DNA of 10,462 nucleotides from a virus (Duplodnaviria; Heunggongvirae; Uroviricota; Caudoviricetes): IMG/VR virus record IMGVR_UViG_2606217104_000018; one strand, 5' to 3'. Shown piece by piece: positions 6,461 to 10,462 of this stretch (position 1 is its first letter; each line of letters starts with the position of its first letter). The notes under the pieces were generated by a model. It saw only the letters and a program-made list of their open reading frames with translations, ran no database searches and was not told where the DNA came from. The position numbers and the translations under genes were made by a program.

Positions 6461-8105
6461 GTACGCAGAAGACGTAAAAACGGGCAAAATTCCGGCCTGT
6501 AAACGGCTGAAACAGGCCGTTAAACGGTACTTTTCGGACCTTGAAAGCCCCCTTTACACGTTCGATCGTGAGGTTGTGGAGCGGTTTATTGCCTTTTCCA
6601 GGGTGTGCCCGCACGTAAAAGGCGCAATGCGCGGTAGCCCCATTGAGCTGGAGCCGTGGCAGCAGTTCGCCTTTGCGTGCATCCTCGGCTTTAAGGTTAA
6701 GGCCACCGGACGGCGCAAATACACGAGCGCCTTTATCGAAGTGCCACGCAAAAATGCGAAATCCACGACCGCCGCGATTCTGGCTAACTGGTTTCTGATT
6801 ATGGAGAACGGGCAGCAGGATATTTACACCGCAGCGGTGAGCCGTGACCAGGCGCGGATCGTTTTTGATGATGCGCGTCAGATGTGCCTTTTATCCCGAC
6901 CGTTACGCAGGCGGGTGAATATTCAGGCCCACAAGGTGATGCACCCGAAAAGCAACAGCCTGTTAAAGCCGCTGGCAGCAAAAGCGGCAACCATCGAGGG
7001 AACAAACCCCAGCCTTTCCATCGTGGACGAATACCACCTACACCCCGATAACGGCGTTTATTCCGCGCTTGAGCTGGGGATGGGCGCACGTCCCGAAGGG
7101 CTGTTATTTGCCATTACTACATCGGGCAGTAACGTCGTTTCAGCCTGTAAACAGCACTATGATTATTGCTGCCAGATCCTGGACGGCGAAGAGGTCAACG
7201 ATTCAATTTTTGTGCTGATTTACGAGCTGGACGACGAAAACGAGGTTGATGATCCGGCGATGTGGATAAAGGCTAACCCTAACATCGATGTTTCCGTGGA
7301 TCGTGAAAAACTGGCCTCAACCATCCAGAAAGCGCGGGGTATTCCGTCGCAGTGGGTGGAGATGATGACAAAGCGATTTAATATCTGGTGCCAGGGGGCT
7401 ACCCCGTGGATGGGTAACGGCGCATGGGCTGAGTGTGCCGGAACGTTCACGGAGGAAGATTTACACGGCCAGGAGTGTTACGCGGGGCTGGACTTATCAT
7501 CAACCAGCGATATTTCCAGCGTGTGCTATGCCTTTCCGGTCGGTAAAACCATTATGCTGGTTTCCCGTCACTATCTGCCGGAATTTCAGCTACAGAACCC
7601 CGCCAATAAAAACCGCGCCATCTATCGCCAGTGGGCTAAAGCGGGCTGGATACGCACAACGCCAGGTGACTGCATTGATTACGACCGGATCAGAGATGAC
7701 ATCATGCAGGACGCGGAGAAATTTAATATCAGGCTGGTGGGCTTTGATACGTGGAACGCCACGCATCTCAGAACGCAATTACAGGGGGCAGGTTTTGAGG
7801 TGGAGCCGTTCCCGCAAACCTACCTCAGATTCAGTCCGGCGGCGAAATCGTTCGAAGTTTTTGTTAACCGCAGGGTGATTGTGCATCGTGGCGATCCGGT
7901 GTTGTCCTGGTCGATGAGTAACGTCGTGATGCAGAGTGACGCGAACGCCAATATCAAGCCGAACAAGAAAAAATCACCGAACAAGATAGACCCGAGCGTA
8001 GCGGCGCTGATGGCGTTTGGTACATTCCAGGCAGAGCATGAGGATTTTGCTTTTGATATAAGCGACAGCCACCGCCAGAAACTGGAAGAATTTAGCGGGG
8101 TGTAA
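6444..8105 (+). CDS. Terminase large subunit (HK97-like), apparent TTG start
   Basis: 553-aa ORF. N-terminal region YAEDVKTGKIPACKRLKQAVKRYFSDLE resembles conserved TerL N-termini, followed by ATPase and nuclease domains (e.g. LSIVDEYHLHPD). This frame opens at 6402 with no ATG or GTG before the conserved region. TTG at 6444 is preceded by GAGGA (6434-6438) and overlaps terS by 17 nt. Confidence 0.9.
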   Translation: MTAWNKYAEDVKTGKIPACKRLKQAVKRYFSDLESPLYTFDREVVERFIAFSRVCPHVKGAMRGSPIELEPWQQFAFACILGFKVKATGRRKYTSAFIEVPRKNAKSTTAAILANWFLIMENGQQDIYTAAVSRDQARIVFDDARQMCLLSRPLRRRVNIQAHKVMHPKSNSLLKPLAAKAATIEGTNPSLSIVDEYHLHPDNGVYSALELGMGARPEGLLFAITTSGSNVVSACKQHYDYCCQILDGEEVNDSIFVLIYELDDENEVDDPAMWIKANPNIDVSVDREKLASTIQKARGIPSQWVEMMTKRFNIWCQGATPWMGNGAWAECAGTFTEEDLHGQECYAGLDLSSTSDISSVCYAFPVGKTIMLVSRHYLPEFQLQNPANKNRAIYRQWAKAGWIRTTPGDCIDYDRIRDDIMQDAEKFNIRLVGFDTWNATHLRTQLQGAGFEVEPFPQTYLRFSPAAKSFEVFVNRRVIVHRGDPVLSWSMSNVVMQSDANANIKPNKKKSPNKIDPSVAALMAFGTFQAEHEDFAFDISDSHRQKLEEFSGV

Positions 8106-8118
8106 TGAGGTCAGCAGC

Positions 8119-8400
8119 ATGACAGAAGCCGAAATACTGCGATTAATCCGCCGCGTCTCTGGAATCAGCCAGCAGGCTGACGAACAGACCACGCAGCCGG
8201 ACAGCGTGACAGCCGAAAATTATGCGCGTGTTGTTGCTGAGGTGATGCGCCGTGATGGTATCCAGCTTAATGATGCGGATATGCGCGACATACGGATCCG
8301 CGTTCTGGAAATGCTGGCCTACAATCGCCGCGTTGAACTGTATCGGGAGAAGGAGAAAATCACGTACCACTGGAAGAAGCCGGAGCGGTTACGGCGGTAA
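8119..8400 (+). CDS. Hypothetical protein (93 aa) downstream of terL; candidate accessory gene
   Basis: ATG at 8119 with GAGG (8107-8110) at good Shine-Dalgarno spacing. Charged, probably helical protein (MTEAEILRLIRRVSG...RRVELYREKEKITYHWKKPERLRR). No family recognised. Confidence 0.6.
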   Translation: MTEAEILRLIRRVSGISQQADEQTTQPDSVTAENYARVVAEVMRRDGIQLNDADMRDIRIRVLEMLAYNRRVELYREKEKITYHWKKPERLRR

Positions 8401-8488
8401 CTTGCTGATATTCCCGATAACGCAAAATTGCGCTGGCTACATCCCTCACATCTGAGGACTGTTAACCAGAAGGCCGGAATATATTCAC

Positions 8489-8511
8489 AAACTACGAAAT
8501 TTTCGTAGTTT
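8489..8511. repeat. Perfect 23-nt palindrome (11-bp arms around a central T); possible bidirectional terminator or protein-binding site
   Basis: AAACTACGAAA T TTTCGTAGTTT read from the sequence, about 90 bp after the stop of the 93-aa gene, flanked by AT-rich sequence. Confidence 0.5.
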
Positions 8512-8556
8512 AATTAATGGTCAGATTAATCGCTAACCCGCTGATATTTTCGGAAA

Positions 8557-8569
8557 CCTCAATTTGAGG
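8557..8569. repeat. 13-nt palindrome CCTCAA T TTGAGG
   Basis: Read directly from the sequence; part of the palindrome cluster in the non-coding junction. Confidence 0.4.
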
Positions 8570-8770
8570 AAGTCGGAAGCGTCACCCTTCATATTCTGAA
8601 TGGTCATAATGACCACGCAGACCATCAAGGCAACCACAACGAACATCGTTACGGTTGGAGCTTTTACCCCACTGGGGGAAAGGTATTACGATAATCATAA
8701 CACCTACCGAACAGGTAAAACCCACCAGCCTGATTAACAGTTAACCGGAAAAAAAATCCGGTAGCCCCGT

Positions 8771-8786
8771 TATGGGGATCCCCATA
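8771..8786. repeat. Perfect 16-bp palindrome TATGGGGATCCCCATA
   Basis: Read directly from the sequence. On the - strand it lies about 220 nt downstream of the phoQ stop; the A8 run just upstream on the + strand (8749-8756) reads as U8 after the palindrome in - strand RNA. Confidence 0.5.
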
Positions 8787-9001
8787 TCGACATTAACGCC
8801 CCTCATGAATTGGTGCGCTTCCCCCTGGAAAGATTACCCGCCTGTATATTTCTTGTGTCTATTTGTTCCACGTTGTTTCATACAGTGCACCGAACGGTGT
8901 AGTTAATAGTGTAGTCAATCTGCTGTTTTTAGCACTTTTTGCAGTGTGGATTGTTTAATTAAATCAATGGGTTGCCTTGCTGTGGTGATAAAAGGACATA
9001 T

Positions 9002-10462
9002 TTATTCATCTTTCGGCGCAGAATGCTGGCGACCAAAAATCACCTCCATCCGCGCACCGCCCAGCATGCTCTCTCCGGCGACGATTTTACCCTCATATTG
9101 CTCGGTGATTTCGCGGGCTACCGCCAGCCCTACACCTTGCCCAGGGCGTAAAGTATCAACCCGTTGACCACGGTCGAAAATGACCTCTCGCTTGCTTAAT
9201 GGAATACCGGGGCCATCATCCTCGACCACAATATAGAGATGCTCGTCGGTTTGCCTTGCAGAAATTTCGACAAACTCGAGGCAATATTTACAGGCATTAT
9301 CCAGCACGTTGCCCATCACCTCGACAAAATCGTTCTGCTCACCGACAAAGCTGATCTCTGGCGAAATATCGAGAGAGATATTGACCCCTTTGCGTTGATA
9401 CACTTTGTTCAGCGCTGAGGTGAGATTGTCCAGCAGTGGGGCGACCGGATGCAGCTCGCGGCTGAGCAATGTCCCGCCGCGCATACTGGCACGATGCAGG
9501 TAGTAGCCAATTTGCTGTGAAATGCGGCTGATTTGCTCCAGCATTACCGGCTCAGCATCACTGACGCTCATCTTTTCACTACGCAGAGAACGCAGCGTAC
9601 TTTGCAGCACCGCCAGTGGCGTTTTCAGACTATGGGTCAGGTCGGTGAGCGTCGTACGGTATTTGTCGTAACGTTCGCGTTCACTTTTTAACAATCGGTT
9701 CAGGTTTCGTACCAGACTGGTCAGTTCTCGCGTTGTGGCTGGATTGAGCAATTCGCGGTTATGTTCTTCCAGTTCGCGGACTTCTTTTGCCAGGGCTTCG
9801 ATGGGGCGTAAACTCCACCAGGCGGCGACCCACAGCAGCGGGATCACTAACAGCAGATTGGCTGAGAGCACATAGATAAACCAGCTCCAGACCATATAGG
9901 AACTTTTTAGCTCCACCGGAATGGTATCCACCACCACAATGGTTAATTTTGGCATCCGCGATGTTGCCGGGTAGACGTTTACTGCCACCGAGTGGGTCAT
10001 CTCCGCGTCGTCATCATCTTCCCGCACTTCCTGCAACTGTTGCTGTATCGAATGATCTCCACTCAGCAAGAGGCTGGTATCGTTAACATCCGCTTCAATT
10101 TCATGAAAACCATTCGATTTCAGCCAGTCAGGCTGGATCATCTTCATCAGCCAGGGCACGTCACGTTGCGCCCATAAAAGCTGCCCGTTCTCATCATAAA
10201 TTAGCGTCATGGTGGGGCTTTGCTTGTCGATATTTTCGGGTAACTCGACATGCAACTTATTGTTTTCCCACTTCGCAAGGGTATAGAACAGATTGCTCTC
10301 GCCACGTAACAGCCGAAACGTAGTTTTATCGAAACTGACGCTATAACCGATCAGCGCGACCATTCCGTAGGCAAGCGAAAGCACCAGTACTACCGCAGCC
10401 GTTGCCAACAGAAAACGTACCCGCAGTGAGAGCGGGAAAAAAAGACGCAGTAATTTTTTCAT
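9002..10462 (-). CDS. phoQ: Sensor histidine kinase PhoQ (complete, 486 aa)
   Basis: The translation ([49 protein letters not shown] ... [14 protein letters not shown]) is recognised as enterobacterial PhoQ, with periplasmic acidic patch [10 protein letters not shown], His-box [10 protein letters not shown] and G-box ATP-binding motifs. The start codon is at the window edge (10460-10462). Confidence 0.97.
   Translation of the reverse strand: MKKLLRLFFPLSLRVRFLLATAAVVLVLSLAYGMVALIGYSVSFDKTTFRLLRGESNLFYTLAKWENNKLHVELPENIDKQSPTMTLIYDENGQLLWAQRDVPWLMKMIQPDWLKSNGFHEIEADVNDTSLLLSGDHSIQQQLQEVREDDDDAEMTHSVAVNVYPATSRMPKLTIVVVDTIPVELKSSYMVWSWFIYVLSANLLLVIPLLWVAAWWSLRPIEALAKEVRELEEHNRELLNPATTRELTSLVRNLNRLLKSERERYDKYRTTLTDLTHSLKTPLAVLQSTLRSLRSEKMSVSDAEPVMLEQISRISQQIGYYLHRASMRGGTLLSRELHPVAPLLDNLTSALNKVYQRKGVNISLDISPEISFVGEQNDFVEVMGNVLDNACKYCLEFVEISARQTDEHLYIVVEDDGPGIPLSKREVIFDRGQRVDTLRPGQGVGLAVAREITEQYEGKIVAGESMLGGARMEVIFGRQHSAPKDE

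Larger units (their letters stand above)
1..8400 (+). mobile_element. Right-hand part of a tail-less phage satellite (capsid-forming PICI-like island): rep-ori plus complete HK97-type head and packaging module. Left end (expected integrase/regulators) is outside the window; right boundary lies somewhere in 8401-9001.
   Basis: Co-directional block of replication helicase, iteron origin, capsid, protease, portal, two head-completion proteins, HNH, TerS, TerL, with no tail genes before the chromosomal phoQ. Gene overlaps (ATGA at 1258, 4743, 5078, 5374) indicate operon organisation. Confidence 0.8.

Noticed and set aside
6297-7878. ORFs inside terS/terL on either strand (6297-6614, 6554-6766, 6799-7089, 7220-7450, 7435-7878, 7590-7778)
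   Set aside because: Embedded in the terminase genes in other frames; no start context; composition typical of spurious frames.
7974-8455. ORFs 7974-8192 (-), 8143-8370 (-) and 8252-8455 (+)
   Set aside because: They overlap terL or the 93-aa gene in alternative frames. The 93-aa + strand ORF has a proper ribosome-binding site and is preferred.
8401-9001. tRNA or tmRNA gene at the island junction as the integration target
   Set aside because: No tRNA-like T-arm (GGTTCGAATCC-type) or acceptor/CCA features are visible; the palindromes are perfect hairpins, not cloverleaves. Integration looks intergenic or gene-3'-end directed, though the exact site cannot be fixed from one end.
8946-9167. 73-aa + strand ORF and 61-aa + strand ORF (9992-10177) overlapping phoQ
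   Set aside because: Antisense to phoQ, a well-recognised complete gene. The first uses a GTG in the intergenic region and reads into the phoQ 3' end with no ribosome-binding site.

Overview
The window holds the right-hand ~8.4 kb of a tail-less, HK97-type phage-derived element on the + strand, followed by ~600 bp of AT-rich non-coding DNA and a complete phoQ sensor kinase gene on the - strand (E. coli-type sequence). The element runs: 5'-truncated RepA-like replication helicase, iteron-type origin, two small coupled genes, strong terminator, then major capsid, prohead protease, portal, head-tail joining protein, gp6-like connector, HNH endonuclease, small terminase, large terminase and one 93-aa gene. 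No tail, tape-measure, baseplate, fibre or lysis genes lie between the head/packaging module and the chromosomal gene. The most economical reading is a capsid-forming phage-inducible chromosomal island (cf-PICI-like satellite) inserted 3' of phoPQ, not an ordinary prophage. This class has been described before, so the genuinely open items are the small genes of unknown function, the capsid-operon leader, the candidate cos site and the palindrome-rich junction. All calls come from reading the supplied translations and the nucleotide sequence; no database or HMM search was run.
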